64,000 nucleotides of DNA, taken from the NCBI GenBank assembly GCA_964482135.1, contig CAYZWF010000001.1, positions 11,362-75,361 on the forward strand. The letters run 5' to 3'. Origin of the DNA: an uncultured Rhodospirillaceae bacterium. Lineage in GTDB: Bacteria; Pseudomonadota; Alphaproteobacteria; UBA11136. A program made the translations under genes and the position numbers. Positions 17,465 to 27,435 of this stretch are shown here, piece after piece. The notes beneath the pieces are model-generated. The model was given only the letters and a program-made list of their open reading frames with translations, was not told where the DNA came from and did not search any database. Numbering within the stretch: position 1 is the first letter of the stretch; each line of letters starts with the position of its first letter.

Positions 17465-20206
17465 TTGAGGGGCTTACGGAAGGAGACTGCCCCAGTGCCT
17501 GCTTCAGACGCATCCGGCTCATGCCCGGATTCTTTCTCCTGTCACCGCTCTTTAGAGGCCGGTGGCAAGACCTATGGCTATTACAGCCTCGCCGCGGCGG
17601 CTGAAAACGGGCTTGGCGATATTGCCCGGCTGCCCCGTTCGCTCAAGGTGCTGCTGGAAAATCTCCTGCGTTACGAGGACGGCCGTTCGGTCACCCGCGA
17701 GGATGTGGAAGGGCTGGCCGCCTGGGGCGAGAGCAGATCGGGCGGTGGTGAAATCGCCTATCGCCCGGCCCGGGTGCTGATGCAGGATTTCACCGGGGTG
17801 CCCGCCGTAGTGGACCTTGCCGCCATGCGCGACGCCATGGCCGCCATGGGCGGCGATCCGCAAAAGATTAATCCGCTCTCGCCGGTGGACCTTGTGATCG
17901 ACCATTCGGTGACGGTGGATTTCGCCGGCACCAATGACGCCTTCGCCCGCAACGTGGCCGGAGAGTTCGCTCGCAATGGCGAGCGTTATTCCTTTCTGCG
18001 CTGGGGACAGAGCGCTTTCGACAATTTCCGGGTGGTGCCGCCGGGCACCGGCATCTGCCATCAGGTCAATCTTGAATATCTGGCGCAATGCGTATGGACC
18101 GCCACCGGGGAGGGTGGAGAGACCGCCTATCCCGATACCTGTGTCGGCACCGACAGCCACACCACCATGATCAACGGTCTCGGCGTGCTGGGCTGGGGCG
18201 TGGGCGGCATCGAGGCCGAGGCGGCCATGCTCGGCCAGCCCATCACCATGCTGGTGCCCGATGTGGTGGGATTCAGGCTCGATGGCGCGCTGAAGGAGGG
18301 CGCCACCGCCACCGATCTGGTGCTGCGGGTGGTGGAAATGCTGCGCGCCGAAGGCGTGGTAGGTAAATTCGTGGAATTCTTCGGTCCCGGACTCGATCAC
18401 CTGTCGCTGCCTGATCGTGCCACCATTGCCAATATGGCGCCGGAGTATGGCGCCACCTGTGGCTTCTTCCCCATCGATTCCGAGACCGTGCGCTTCCTCG
18501 CCTTTACCGGCCGCGATGGCGGGCGGGTGGAACTGGTGGAGGCCTATGCCAAGGCGCAAGGTCTGTGGCGCGACGCGGACACGCCCGACCCGGTCTTCAC
18601 CACCACGCTGGAACTGGACATGGGGGATGTGGAACCCAGCCTCGCCGGGCCGAAACGGCCCCAGGACCTGGTTGCTCTCTCGGACGCCGCTTCTTCCTTC
18701 AAGGAAACCCTGGCCGAGCTTCAGGGCGCCCCCGCGCCGCGCGAGATTGCCCTCGCCGACAGTGATCACGGTCTGCGCGACGGCGATGTGGTTATTGCCG
18801 CCATCACCAGCTGTACCAACACCTCCAACCCCGGCGTCATGCTCGCCGCCGGTTTGCTGGCCCGCAATGCCGTGGCCAAGGGACTGAAGACCAAGCCCTG
18901 GGTCAAGGCTTCGCTGGCGCCGGGAAGCCGCGTGGTGGGGGATTACCTGGAAGCCGCCGGGGTCCAGGATGATCTCGACGCGCTGGGGTTCAATGTGGTG
19001 GGCATCGGCTGCACCACCTGTATCGGCAATTCCGGGCCTTTGGCCGAACCCATCACCAAGGCCATCGGCGAAGGCAATCTGGCGGTCTGTTCGGTGCTCT
19101 CAGGTAACCGTAATTTCGAGGGCCGCATCTCGCCCCATGTGAAGGCCAACTATCTGGCCTCGCCGCCCTTGGTGGTGGCCTATGCCCTGGCCGGAACCCT
19201 GACCCGCGACCTTTTGAATGAACCCCTGGGCAAGGGCAGCGACGGCGAGGCGGTTTTCCTCAAGGATATCTGGCCTAGTAACGCGGAAATCGGTGAGGCT
19301 TTAGAAACGGCGTTGACGCCCGACATGTTCCGCAGCCGCTATGGCGATGTGTTCGAGGGCACGCCCGAATGGCAGGCGGTGGAGACGGCATCGGGCCAGA
19401 CCTTCACCTGGGACGACGCCAGCACCTATGTGAAAAACCCACCCTATTTCTCCGCCATGACGAAACAGGCGGGCGAGGTGGGGGATATTGAAAATGCCCG
19501 CATTTTAGCCCTGCTGGGCGATTCCGTGACCACCGATCATATTTCCCCGGCGGGCAGCATCCCCGAGGACGGCCCGGCCGGTGCCTATCTCACCGAGCGT
19601 GGCGTGGCGGCCCGGGACTACAACTCCTTCGGGGCGCGGCGCGGCAATCACGAGATCATGATGCGCGGCACCTTCGCCAATATCCGGCTCGCCAACGAAA
19701 TGGCCCCTGGCACCACGGGCGGCGTCACCCGGCACATGCCCTCAGGCGAGCAAATGGCCATTTTCGATGCCGCCGCGCGCTACGCGGAGGAAAATGTGCC
19801 CCTGATCGTGGTGGCGGGAAAGGAATACGGCACCGGCTCGTCACGGGACTGGGCGGCCAAGGGGCCCATGTTATTGGGGGTGCGCGCCGCCATCGCCGAG
19901 AGCTTCGAGCGTATCCACCGTTCCAACCTGATCGGCATGGGCATCCTGCCCCTGCAATTCAAGGAGGGCATGGACCGCAAGACCCTGGGGCTGGATGGCT
20001 CCGAATCCATCACCCTCTCCGGTATCGCCGGAGGGATTACCCCGCAAATGGATGTTACCGCCGCCATTGCCGGGGCCGACGGCAAGAGGTCGACGGTTTC
20101 CCTGTTATGCCGCATCGATACCCTGGACGAGGTGGAATATTACCGCCATGGCGGGATTCTTCCCTATGTGCTGCGCTCCCTTCTCGATGGCGCGGGGGAA
20201 GGTTAG
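17465..20206 (+). CDS. acnA: aconitate hydratase A
   Basis: About 900-aa product with aconitase family signatures (SLKVLLENLLR, VVDLAAMRDA, IVAGKEYGTGSSRDWAAKG, 4Fe-4S-ligand Cys in ITSCTNTSNP and IGCTTCIGNSG). Confidence 0.9.
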   Translation: MRGLRKETAPVPASDASGSCPDSFSCHRSLEAGGKTYGYYSLAAAAENGLGDIARLPRSLKVLLENLLRYEDGRSVTREDVEGLAAWGESRSGGGEIAYRPARVLMQDFTGVPAVVDLAAMRDAMAAMGGDPQKINPLSPVDLVIDHSVTVDFAGTNDAFARNVAGEFARNGERYSFLRWGQSAFDNFRVVPPGTGICHQVNLEYLAQCVWTATGEGGETAYPDTCVGTDSHTTMINGLGVLGWGVGGIEAEAAMLGQPITMLVPDVVGFRLDGALKEGATATDLVLRVVEMLRAEGVVGKFVEFFGPGLDHLSLPDRATIANMAPEYGATCGFFPIDSETVRFLAFTGRDGGRVELVEAYAKAQGLWRDADTPDPVFTTTLELDMGDVEPSLAGPKRPQDLVALSDAASSFKETLAELQGAPAPREIALADSDHGLRDGDVVIAAITSCTNTSNPGVMLAAGLLARNAVAKGLKTKPWVKASLAPGSRVVGDYLEAAGVQDDLDALGFNVVGIGCTTCIGNSGPLAEPITKAIGEGNLAVCSVLSGNRNFEGRISPHVKANYLASPPLVVAYALAGTLTRDLLNEPLGKGSDGEAVFLKDIWPSNAEIGEALETALTPDMFRSRYGDVFEGTPEWQAVETASGQTFTWDDASTYVKNPPYFSAMTKQAGEVGDIENARILALLGDSVTTDHISPAGSIPEDGPAGAYLTERGVAARDYNSFGARRGNHEIMMRGTFANIRLANEMAPGTTGGVTRHMPSGEQMAIFDAAARYAEENVPLIVVAGKEYGTGSSRDWAAKGPMLLGVRAAIAESFERIHRSNLIGMGILPLQFKEGMDRKTLGLDGSESITLSGIAGGITPQMDVTAAIAGADGKRSTVSLLCRIDTLDEVEYYRHGGILPYVLRSLLDGAGEG

Positions 20207-20209
20207 ACC

Positions 20210-20854
20210 ATGAGAATGTTCCTGCGCACCCTGGTCCTTTTTCTTGCCGTTGCCGCCATTTCCGCCTGCGCGGTGCAGCGCCCCGAACATGCCGACCAGT
20301 TCCGCGCCCGCTATGGACTCGAAGCGCCTAAGAGCCATGCCTTTAGTTTGTGTTTCGGCCATGGCTGCAAGCATTCGGCCGCGGTGCGGCTGAGCGATGC
20401 CCAATGGGCGAAAGTGAGGGCGATTTTCACAGACGTAGCCACGGATGCCAGGGCGGAGCGCTCCCGTATCGCCCGCGCCGTGGCCCTGTTGGAGAGTATG
20501 GCCGGGGAACAGGCGGGAACCCTCACCGACAAGGCTGGAACGGGTTTTCCCCTGGAGGACAGGTATCAGCTCGACTGTGTGGATGAGTCCCTCAACACCA
20601 CCGCCTATCTGGCCATGATGAAACAGGATGGCTTATTGCGCTTCCATGATCTGCGCGGCCCCGCCACCAGGGGATTTTTCTTCAGGGGCTGGCCCCATAC
20701 CACGGCGGCCATCGCCGAGCGGGAAAGCGGCCACGCCTATGCCGTGGATTCCTGGTTCTTCGATAACGGCAGGGCGCCGGCGATCCTGCCTCTCTCGTTA
20801 TGGCAGAACGGGTGGCAGCCGCAAGAGACGAAAACCCGCGCCAGTCTTTATTAA
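20210..20854 (+). CDS. hypothetical lipoprotein (uncharacterised family; paralogue of 42100..42801)
   Basis: Lipobox-like AISAC after a signal peptide. It shares the motifs C-x-G-H-x-C, DCVDES(L/R)NTT, and W...AVDSW(F/V)(F/L)DNG with the 42100 ORF. Confidence 0.5.
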   Translation: MRMFLRTLVLFLAVAAISACAVQRPEHADQFRARYGLEAPKSHAFSLCFGHGCKHSAAVRLSDAQWAKVRAIFTDVATDARAERSRIARAVALLESMAGEQAGTLTDKAGTGFPLEDRYQLDCVDESLNTTAYLAMMKQDGLLRFHDLRGPATRGFFFRGWPHTTAAIAERESGHAYAVDSWFFDNGRAPAILPLSLWQNGWQPQETKTRASLY

Positions 20855-20961
20855 ACCATCCCCATTAAGCCCTCTCTCTTTGGAGGGGGCGGAATACGGG
20901 CTGCCCGCCATCACCCAGAAGTGATTGGCCTGTGAGGGTATTGGCGCACTAAATTCAGGCC

Positions 20962-21747
20962 ATGCGAACTTTCCCAGCACCCCCCTTGCGCTTGGCCTTG
21001 TTCGTAACGGCCTGGATAACTCTTAGCGCCGTGACGACGAACGCCTTCTCGCGGGACGACGCCCCCTCTGATGGAACTCCGGTGGTGGTGGAGCTTTTTA
21101 CCTCCCAGGGCTGTTCGTCCTGCCCTCCCGCCGACAGCTTTCTCCAGGAACTGAGCCGCCGCGACAATGTTCTCGCCCTCTCGCTCCACGTGGATTACTG
21201 GGACTACATCGGTTGGCGGGATCCCTTTGCCAGCCCCCAATCCACGGACCGGCAGCGTTCCTATGCGCGCACCATGAGGCAACGTTCCGTCTATACGCCG
21301 CAGATGGTGATCGACGGCAAGTTCCAGGAAGTGGGATCGCGCCGTTCCCAGGTCATGAAATTCCTTGAACACCGCGCGCAAGACCCGGAACACGGGCGCG
21401 TGAAGGTTACGGTCACTCTCACGCCGTCAGGCGACCTGAGGACGGAAATCGCAGCCGATGAAAAAGGGGGGAAAGTCACAAATAACGCAACCGTGTGGCT
21501 CATGGAATTCGACAGCCGCCATGAAACGAAAATTCGCAGCGGAGAAAACGCCGGGCGCACCCTGGCCTATGCGAACGTGGTCCGGAGTATCCGGTCCATC
21601 GGCGACTGGAAAGGCGAGGCGGAGACAATCACCGTCAGCGCGGCGGAGCTGAATGCTTCCGGGGAACGTGACGGTTGCGCCGTGATCCTGCAGACGGGGC
21701 GCGCCGGCCCGATACTGGGAGCTGCCTGGGTAAAGCTTCGTAACTGA
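20962..21747 (+). CDS. DUF1223 family secreted thioredoxin-like protein
   Basis: Signal peptide followed by VVELFTSQGCSSCPPAD...LSLHVDYWDYIGWRDPFA, the characteristic DUF1223 pattern. Confidence 0.7.
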   Translation: MRTFPAPPLRLALFVTAWITLSAVTTNAFSRDDAPSDGTPVVVELFTSQGCSSCPPADSFLQELSRRDNVLALSLHVDYWDYIGWRDPFASPQSTDRQRSYARTMRQRSVYTPQMVIDGKFQEVGSRRSQVMKFLEHRAQDPEHGRVKVTVTLTPSGDLRTEIAADEKGGKVTNNATVWLMEFDSRHETKIRSGENAGRTLAYANVVRSIRSIGDWKGEAETITVSAAELNASGERDGCAVILQTGRAGPILGAAWVKLRN

Positions 21748-21795
21748 GCGCCGCGAGGCTGCTGCTGACAGGCTGTTCGCAGTCCTGAACCGTGG

Positions 21796-22470
21796 CTAAT
21801 CGCCGCGCACTTCCTCCACCATATCGGCGAGACGGTGAATGTCCGGAATAACCAGGGCATTTCGACCGCGCTTGACCACATCATCCCGGGCCAGATCGCT
21901 CAACACGCGGGCCACGGTTTCGCGGGTGGTGCTGACCCGGCTGGCGATCTCGCTGTGGTGGGGGATGGGGCGGATTTCGGCGCTGTTGTCGGGCTTCAGG
22001 CTGGTCATGGCCTGGCGCAGAAGTTCCGCGTGGATGCGGTTGTTGGCGCCTAATGTGCTGAGGTCCATGATGCGTTCGCTGGCCTGGCGCACCATATAGG
22101 TCAGCCGCTTCATCACCCTGAGTGCTGCCGCGGGATGATCGTGCAGGAACTCGGCAAAGGCGGTGGGCCCAAGAACGGCCACCGTGGCTTGGGTCTGGGC
22201 GATGACATTGGCGGAGCGGGGTCCGTCATCAATGGCTGCCAGTTCGCCGAAATAGTCCCCCGGCCCAAGGTCGTCAAAGGCAATTTCGCGCCCCGACAGA
22301 GAGTAATTCACGATACGCACCTGTCCCTCGACGAGGAAATAAACGTCTCGGTTTTCATCATGGCGGTCGATGATCTGTTCGCCCTCGCCAAAGGTGCGCC
22401 AGGAGCAGCGCTTTTCCAGGGCCGCTCGCTGGGATTTCTTGATCCCCTTCACAAGCGAGACGTTTTCCAG
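21796..22470 (-). CDS. Crp/Fnr-family transcriptional regulator (no N-terminal Cys cluster, so Crp/FixK-type)
   Basis: cNMP-binding domain (GDYFGELAAIDDGPRSANV) and a C-terminal HTH (HSEIASRVSTTRETVARVLSDL). The start is uncertain; a GTG near 22470 gives about 225 aa. The 318-aa ORF-track version is an extension. Confidence 0.7.
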   Translation of the reverse strand: MENVSLVKGIKKSQRAALEKRCSWRTFGEGEQIIDRHDENRDVYFLVEGQVRIVNYSLSGREIAFDDLGPGDYFGELAAIDDGPRSANVIAQTQATVAVLGPTAFAEFLHDHPAAALRVMKRLTYMVRQASERIMDLSTLGANNRIHAELLRQAMTSLKPDNSAEIRPIPHHSEIASRVSTTRETVARVLSDLARDDVVKRGRNALVIPDIHRLADMVEEVRGD

Positions 22471-22932
22471 GGAGTTTGAAGCGTTTTCGGGCAAGGGGTA
22501 TCTCCCAACCGGGGTGGATATTCCGTGGGTGCAACACAAAAACCTACGGAAAGGGGGTTTGTCCGGCAAGGAAAAGTTTCCCGATTTGCGGGAAGGGGCC
22601 TGAGGAAAGTCGCGCTTCCGGCCCGCCACTATCCCCCGTCTTCTGTGGTGACGGGCTTTGGGCGGCATCTGGCCGATGGAAATGAAAACTCCGGACGGAC
22701 CCGCCATACCTCTGGGCATAAGCCCATAATTGCCTTGTGGTTGCGGCCACATGCCGGTTGTGATAGGCAGAGCCTCGCACCGGAAATACGGCTTCGATGG
22801 CTTCCCCTTTCCGATTGAAACAGCGCTTGGAATCCGGGACCGGAAGCCGAATCTTTAAAAAATGGAACAGGCAGGTTCACTGTAAGCCCGGCCAAGACTT
22901 GGAGCCGGACAGGGAAATGTGAAGAGAAAAAA

Positions 22933-23268
22933 ATGACCTATATCGTCAACGACCTTTGTATCAAATGCAAATACACCGATTGTGTCGAAGTATGCCCCGT
23001 GGATTGTTTCTACGAGGGTGAAAACATGCTCGTCATTCACCCCGACGAATGCATCGACTGTGGCGTTTGTGAGCCGGAATGCCCGGCCGAAGCCATTTTC
23101 CCCGACAGCGAACCCGGCACCGAGAAATGGGTCGAGCAGAATCACAAATACGCGGAACTCTGGCCCAATATCACCCGCATGATCTCTCCCCCGCCCGACG
23201 CCGACGACTGGAAGGGCAAGTCCGGTAAATACGAGAAATATTTCAGCCCCGAGCCGGCGAGGCGCTGA
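22933..23268 (+). CDS. fdxA: 7Fe ferredoxin (FdxA-type, 3Fe-4S + 4Fe-4S)
   Basis: [51 protein letters not shown] is the classical Azotobacter-type ferredoxin I pattern. Confidence 0.9.
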   Translation: MTYIVNDLCIKCKYTDCVEVCPVDCFYEGENMLVIHPDECIDCGVCEPECPAEAIFPDSEPGTEKWVEQNHKYAELWPNITRMISPPPDADDWKGKSGKYEKYFSPEPARR

Positions 23269-23311
23269 GGCGGGAGAGACATTGACGTTACAGCCTTGTG
23301 TGCGGCGTAGC

Positions 23312-23338
23312 GGGGGCTGTTCGGCCCCCTGTTTTTGT
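23312..23338 (+). terminator. rho-independent terminator downstream of fdxA
   Basis: GGGGGCTG-TTCG-GCCCCC hairpin followed by TGTTTTTGT. Confidence 0.6.
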
Positions 23339-23504
23339 GGTATAGTCGCCGGTAACCATTGACAAAAGTGACCTGCGTTCGGTCCGGGTCGGACCCGCTC
23401 CTGTTCTGGGCGGTTGAGAACCCGGTCAGGGCTGTGCGCACGGTTGGGACGTGTGAATTAAGTCTGTGAATTAAGACATAGAAAAAGGAAGTAAAGAGAA
23501 ACGT

Positions 23505-24014
23505 ATGGCTAAGGACCCCACTTTTTCCTCCGGTGATTTTGTTGTCTATCCTACCCACGGCGTGGGCAAGATTCTCGGCGTTGAGGAACAGACCATCGCC
23601 GGTGACACCCTTGAACTTTTCGTCATCGATTTCGAACAGGACCGCATGAAGCTGCGGGTTCCCGTGGAGAAGGCCAAGATTTCGGGCCTACGCAGGCTGA
23701 GCTCCCGCGACCGCCTGAAGACGGCCATGAGTACTCTGAAAAGCGCGCCGCGCGTCAAGCGTACCATGTGGAGCCGCCGTGCCCAGGAATACGAAGCCAA
23801 GATCAATTCCGGCGATCCCGTTTCCATCGCCGAGGTGGTACGCGACCTTTTCCGCAACTCGGACCAGCAGGAACAGTCCTATTCCGAACGCCAGATTTAC
23901 CAGTCGGCTCTTGACCGTCTGGCCCGTGAATTTGCCGCCGTCGATAAGATGAGCGAGGAGAAAGCCGCCCAGAAGCTGGAATCGGTGCTCTCGACTCCTA
24001 CACCCACCTCTTAG
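23505..24014 (+). CDS. carD: CarD/CdnL family transcriptional regulator
   Basis: N-terminal RNAP-interacting domain (FSSGDFVVYPTHGVGKILGVEE...), about 165 aa. A good SD (AAAGGAAG) lies upstream. Confidence 0.8.
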   Translation: MAKDPTFSSGDFVVYPTHGVGKILGVEEQTIAGDTLELFVIDFEQDRMKLRVPVEKAKISGLRRLSSRDRLKTAMSTLKSAPRVKRTMWSRRAQEYEAKINSGDPVSIAEVVRDLFRNSDQQEQSYSERQIYQSALDRLAREFAAVDKMSEEKAAQKLESVLSTPTPTS

Positions 24015-24020
24015 GCCGCT

Positions 24021-25490
24021 CTAATCGGCGATAATCTTGATCATTTGCCCCGGGACGGGTTTCTGTCCCGGGGCAAATCCGTTTAAGACCCGGAACCGTT
24101 CAAGCCGGAAATCCTCAAAGGGCATCTTCTCCGCCAGCGACCGCAGGCTGTCGCCGGGCTCTGTCCTTATAATCTTGAGTCGCCGCGGCAATATGGAGGC
24201 CGCTTCCACCCGCCGCAAACGCCGGAAACTGTACGTGGTGCGGCGAAACTCCAGCGACAGATTACGGACGTCATTCACCGGCGCCACAAAGATGAAGCGG
24301 AAGATGGTCCGGGTGTCGAAGGCGATAGCCAGCAGGCGCACATCCATTGTCCCTTCCCGGGTATTGCTTTGGGCGTGGCCGGTGGCCGCCTGCATGCCGT
24401 TGACGTCAATGGCCTCGGTGTCCTGAAGAAAGTCCGCCCAGCGCGAGGTGAGATAATAAAGCATGGGCTCGCCGTCCCGGCGTTCAGCGCTGTCGAAAAG
24501 GATTCGCGCTCCGTTCGGCCCCAGGGCGGTAACCGCCTGGGCGCTGTTGAAGAGGCGGAATCCCGGCGGCACCCGAAAGCGGAAGCCCAACTCGGGATGG
24601 ATAAAGTCCCTGCCCTTGACGAAGCCCTGTTCGGGATCGTCGCCGTAAAGCATGCCGTTGATTTTGTTGAGATAGATATCACGGGCGACAATGGGGTCGG
24701 TGACACGGGCGAGACCGGCGCTGGCGATGGCCCGCTCCACCCGCTCTGCGGTGCGCGGATGGGTGGCGAGCAGGCTGGTAGCCGGATCCTGGCCTTCTTC
24801 GCCTTTAAGGCGCTGTTGCAGGGCGCCGTTGGCCCGGAGCTTGTTCAGAAACGCCGACATGGCGTGAGGGGAAAACCCTACCCTTGAGAGATAACGTACG
24901 CCCAGCATGTCGGCTTCGAATTCCTGTTCCCGGGAATAGCTGCTGAGGTAGAGATTAGCGCCAACCCCGGCGACCCGACCGATCCCGGGAGTGTTGGTGA
25001 GGACCCCGAGAAGGGTGACGCCGAGATTGGCGGCCACGGCCTGGCTGTAACGCTGGGCCGAATGGCGGGCTACCACATGGCCGATTTCATGGGCCATGAC
25101 CCCGGCAAGTTCGGCTTCGTTATCGGCCAGGGCAAGCAACCCCCGGGTCACGTAGACGAAACCGCCGGGGGTGGCGAAGGCGTTGATGACCGGGCTGTTG
25201 AGGACGGTGAAGGTGAAGTTGAGGCCCGGGGTTTCCGAGGTTCGCGCCAACAACTGGCCAATACTCTCTACATAGCGGGCGAGGCCCGGGTTCTGGTAGA
25301 CGCCACCGAATTCCTCAAGGATTTTGGGGTGCTGTTCCCGCCCCACCCGAATCTCTTCCGCGGGCGACATGAAGGCGGTGAAGCTCTGTTCGCCGGTGGC
25401 GGGGTTGACGGTACATGCGGCGGTGAACAGGAACAGGCCCAGCACCGCCATGGGTGCAAAGAGACGGATGAAAAAAGGCGGTGTCATCAC
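24021..25490 (-). CDS. M48-family zinc metalloprotease with C-terminal LysM domain
   Basis: HEIGHVVARH (HExxH) plus a downstream E ligand. The C-terminal GDSLRSLAEKM...VLNGF is LysM-like. There is an N-terminal signal peptide. Confidence 0.75.
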   Translation of the reverse strand: MMTPPFFIRLFAPMAVLGLFLFTAACTVNPATGEQSFTAFMSPAEEIRVGREQHPKILEEFGGVYQNPGLARYVESIGQLLARTSETPGLNFTFTVLNSPVINAFATPGGFVYVTRGLLALADNEAELAGVMAHEIGHVVARHSAQRYSQAVAANLGVTLLGVLTNTPGIGRVAGVGANLYLSSYSREQEFEADMLGVRYLSRVGFSPHAMSAFLNKLRANGALQQRLKGEEGQDPATSLLATHPRTAERVERAIASAGLARVTDPIVARDIYLNKINGMLYGDDPEQGFVKGRDFIHPELGFRFRVPPGFRLFNSAQAVTALGPNGARILFDSAERRDGEPMLYYLTSRWADFLQDTEAIDVNGMQAATGHAQSNTREGTMDVRLLAIAFDTRTIFRFIFVAPVNDVRNLSLEFRRTTYSFRRLRRVEAASILPRRLKIIRTEPGDSLRSLAEKMPFEDFRLERFRVLNGFAPGQKPVPGQMIKIIAD

Positions 25491-26305
25491 TGCGCTTCCG
25501 GGGTCATTTCTGTGCTGCCGGGGGTGTTCCTCATGCCGGGGTTCCTGATGATCTCGATCTGTTCGGGATGGGTGGCCTCGATCATGGGACCATTGAAGGA
25601 TTTCAGCCAGCCCCTTACACGCACGCGGCTGCCCTCCAGCCGGGAAAGGTCGATCCCTTCCTTCTCGAACAGGCGCCGGGACTTAGGCGGAATGGAGATG
25701 GTGAAATCACTGCGGTAATCGTTGCCGAAGTTGAGATAGCCACGGCCCCGGACCACGGCGGCGGACAGAACCTCTCCCTCCACCAGTTGGAAGCTGCCCA
25801 CAAGGGCTGGGGTTTCATCGGGACTGCGCACGGCATAGAAGGCATGATTCCAGATGCCGCGGCCTTCCTCACGCGCCGTTTCTTCGCGCGTCAGCATTTC
25901 ATCGGCCAGTTCCCGGTTATCGGGAAAGCTGTAGACGCGGGCCATGCCCCGGGCGATCATTTCTCCCTGAATCCAGAGTCCGTCCTTGAGATAAAGGTGA
26001 GCCAGAAGTCGGCCATGACGGTCCCTGTGCGCGCCGCCAAAGGACAGGGCCACCGGTTTTCCCAGGGCAATCCCGGCCAAGGCCTTTTTAGATTCTCCGG
26101 CCAGGGGCCAGGCCTTGAATCCGCGCCGTCCGAGGGGGAGTTTCGGGGCCTGAATCCCCACCAGGCGCACCTGCCGCCCGTCATCGAGAAACAGGGTGTC
26201 GCCATCGACGATCTCCCGCACCACGCCCTCGCCGCCGGTCTCCATCGCGGCAAGGGGAAGGGCGCGGCAGACCAAGATCAGGAAAAAAAAGACGAGGCGT
26301 TGCAT
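25487..26305 (-). CDS. secreted thermonuclease (SNase-like) family protein
   Basis: Signal peptide followed by VVREIVDGDTLFLDDGRQVRLVGIQAP...RDRHGRLLAHLY, the SNase OB-fold motifs. Confidence 0.6.
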   Translation of the reverse strand: MQRLVFFFLILVCRALPLAAMETGGEGVVREIVDGDTLFLDDGRQVRLVGIQAPKLPLGRRGFKAWPLAGESKKALAGIALGKPVALSFGGAHRDRHGRLLAHLYLKDGLWIQGEMIARGMARVYSFPDNRELADEMLTREETAREEGRGIWNHAFYAVRSPDETPALVGSFQLVEGEVLSAAVVRGRGYLNFGNDYRSDFTISIPPKSRRLFEKEGIDLSRLEGSRVRVRGWLKSFNGPMIEATHPEQIEIIRNPGMRNTPGSTEMTPEAQ

Positions 26306-26414
26306 GGTGCGCAGTATATCCCGCGGCCTGGCGCGGCGGGGTCTTTTCCTCCCGCCACGCCGTCCTTAGACTAAAGGATATAAGAGCGGCGGGTATGGAT
26401 TTCAGAACATCATC

Positions 26415-27401
26415 ATGACCAGGGACAAGAAAAGACACGGGGGCCCGGGGACGCCTTTCCGGACGCTGTTCCCGTCCCTCAAACCTTTCGAGGTGGGCAA
26501 GCTCTCCCTGGACGGTCCCCATGTCATGTATTGGGAGCAATCGGGGAATCCGGCGGGCGTTCCGGTGGTGTTTCTTCATGGTGGCCCAGGCGCCGGGGCC
26601 GGGACCACGGCGCGGCGTTTTTTCAATCCCGGCCATTACCGCATCATCGTCTTTGACCAGCGCGGGGCCGGGCGCTCCACCCCCGTGGGGGAGCTTTCCC
26701 ATAACACCACACCTCATCTCATCGCCGATATGGAAAGGCTGCGCCAACATCTGGGTGTGGAGAAATGGATTCTTTTCGGCGGCTCCTGGGGAAGCACGCT
26801 GGCGCTGGCCTATGGCGAGGCCCACCCCGAACGCTGTCTGGGCTTCATCCTGCGCGGGATTTTTCTCTGCCGGCGGGCGGAAATTCACTGGTTTCTATAC
26901 GGCATGAAACAATTCTTTCCAGAGACATGGCGCGATTTTGCCTGCTTTCTGCCGGAGAAAGAACGCGGCGACCTGTTGGCTGGTTATTCCCGCCGCTTTG
27001 ATGACCCCGATCCGGCTGTTCATCTTCCCGCCGCCCGGGCCTGGAGCCACTATGAGGGGGCCTGTTCGACCCTGCTTCCCAGTCCCGATACCGTGGCCGC
27101 CTTCGATGAGGATGCGATGGCCCTCGGCCTGGCCCGGATCGAGGCCCACTATTTCCGCCACGGCGCCTTTATGGAGGAAGGCGCTTTGTTGTCGGATCTG
27201 GGGCGGCTCCACGGCATTCCCGCGGTCATCGTGCAGGGGCGCTATGACGTGGTCTGTCCCCCGGCAAGCGCCATCGAACTAGCCCAGGCCTGGGAGGGCG
27301 CGCGGCTGGTGATGGTTGCCGATGCCGGCCATGCGGCGGTGGGGCCGGGAATCACCCGCGCCTTGGTGGCGGCCACCGAGGACTTCAAGAAGCTGAGATA
27401 A
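26415..27401 (+). CDS. pip: proline iminopeptidase (alpha/beta hydrolase)
   Basis: LYWEQSGNPAGVPVVFLHGGPG and GGSWGSTLALAY (the GxSxG nucleophile elbow), plus the C-terminal HA(A/V) region typical of Pip. Confidence 0.85.
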   Translation: MTRDKKRHGGPGTPFRTLFPSLKPFEVGKLSLDGPHVMYWEQSGNPAGVPVVFLHGGPGAGAGTTARRFFNPGHYRIIVFDQRGAGRSTPVGELSHNTTPHLIADMERLRQHLGVEKWILFGGSWGSTLALAYGEAHPERCLGFILRGIFLCRRAEIHWFLYGMKQFFPETWRDFACFLPEKERGDLLAGYSRRFDDPDPAVHLPAARAWSHYEGACSTLLPSPDTVAAFDEDAMALGLARIEAHYFRHGAFMEEGALLSDLGRLHGIPAVIVQGRYDVVCPPASAIELAQAWEGARLVMVADAGHAAVGPGITRALVAATEDFKKLR

Positions 27402-27435
27402 AGATTCGCAGGACGGGTCAGAACAGGCCCCGCTC

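Noticed and set aside
22480-22932. 450-bp intergenic region upstream of fdxA examined for an FNR/FixK box (TTGAT-N4-ATCAA) or an sRNA
   Set aside because: No convincing palindromic box or terminator-flanked small RNA signature was found by eye. The region is left unannotated.
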